The notes beneath the pieces are model-generated. The model was not told the origin of the DNA. It ran no database searches and saw only the letters and a list, made by a program, of their open reading frames with translations. The position numbers and the translations under genes are program-made. Shown here piece after piece: positions 34,149 to 34,413 of a DNA stretch of 34,413 nucleotides. Each line of letters opens with the position of its first letter. Within the stretch, counting starts at the first letter, position 1. The DNA comes from Treponema sp. (GTDB taxonomy: Bacteria; Spirochaetota; Spirochaetia; Treponematales; Rectinemataceae): positions 1-34,413 of the forward strand of contig JAFIHQ010000105.1 of NCBI GenBank assembly GCA_017849315.1, given 5' to 3'.

Positions 34149-34413
34149 ATGTTTAAATTTGAGGAAGGGAAATGCTACAAGATGCCGGCTCATTTCGGTG
34201 GAGCACCTTTCGATCCAAATGCCAAAGCGATTTACGATGACGTAGTCACTGTCGATTTTTGCTACACAACGGACGCCGAAAAGCTATGCAACTACATTCC
34301 GGAAGGTCTTGAACTCATAAAGCCCGAATTGACTATTGAATTTCAACAATGCCGACAGGTCCAGTGGATGGCCGGTTCGTCCTACAATCTTGTCGGTGTC
34401 ACGGTCCCCGTGC
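34149..34413 (+). CDS. Acetoacetate decarboxylase (ADC)-family protein, N-terminal fragment (3' end outside the window)
   Basis: Not in the ORF track because the frame is open to the window end. AAGGAGG SD at 34136-34142. Translation MFKFEEGKCYKMPAHFGGAPFDPNAKAIYDDVVTVDFCYTTDAEKLCNYIPEGLEL... resembles ADC-family N-termini. Confidence 0.6.
   Translation, partial: MFKFEEGKCYKMPAHFGGAPFDPNAKAIYDDVVTVDFCYTTDAEKLCNYIPEGLELIKPELTIEFQQCRQVQWMAGSSYNLVGVTVPV

Overview
34.4 kb bacterial chromosomal window with a fairly GC-rich backbone; hand-counted 60-nt samples give 53-67% GC in the lysine operon. I found no rRNA, tRNA or CRISPR array by eye.

Gene content, left to right:
- 3' end of a metI-like permease.
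- UPF0303/GlcG-like gene.
- NapH-like membrane 4Fe-4S protein with an unusual repeated C-terminal domain.
- Cupin and formate/nitrite-transporter pair (minus strand).
- An accessory block from about 4.2 to 12.5 kb on the minus strand, ending at a 5'-truncated IS3-family transposase remnant. It is a complete Type I restriction-modification system whose operon is interrupted by three extra genes, in the order hsdM, ORF6N-domain gene, Zn-finger HNH nuclease, hsdS, Abi_C-like gene, palindrome-bearing spacer, hsdR.
- RibD_C/DHFR-like gene.
- Nucleoside uptake and salvage operon on the minus strand: BMP-family binding protein, ATPase, two permeases, amidohydrolase, nucleoside phosphorylase, GntR/HutC regulator.
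- Alpha/beta hydrolase.
- COG2984-type ABC uptake system (minus strand).
- A lysine riboswitch that the ORF track cannot show, in front of asd-lysC-dapB-dapA-dapD.
- A 27-bp tandem repeat spanning the dapD stop codon.
- Small Rieske protein, PNPOx/Nim-like flavoprotein and nitroreductase.
- An internally duplicated polytopic membrane protein.
- 5' end of an acetoacetate-decarboxylase-family gene.

The best candidate for an undescribed system is the composite Type I R-M locus. The ORF6N and HNH genes are translationally coupled between hsdM and hsdS. An AT-rich Abi_C-like gene sits between hsdS and hsdR, the position PrrC occupies in the E. coli prr locus.

Many long ORFs in the GC-rich parts are antisense or alternative-frame artefacts, and I rejected them.
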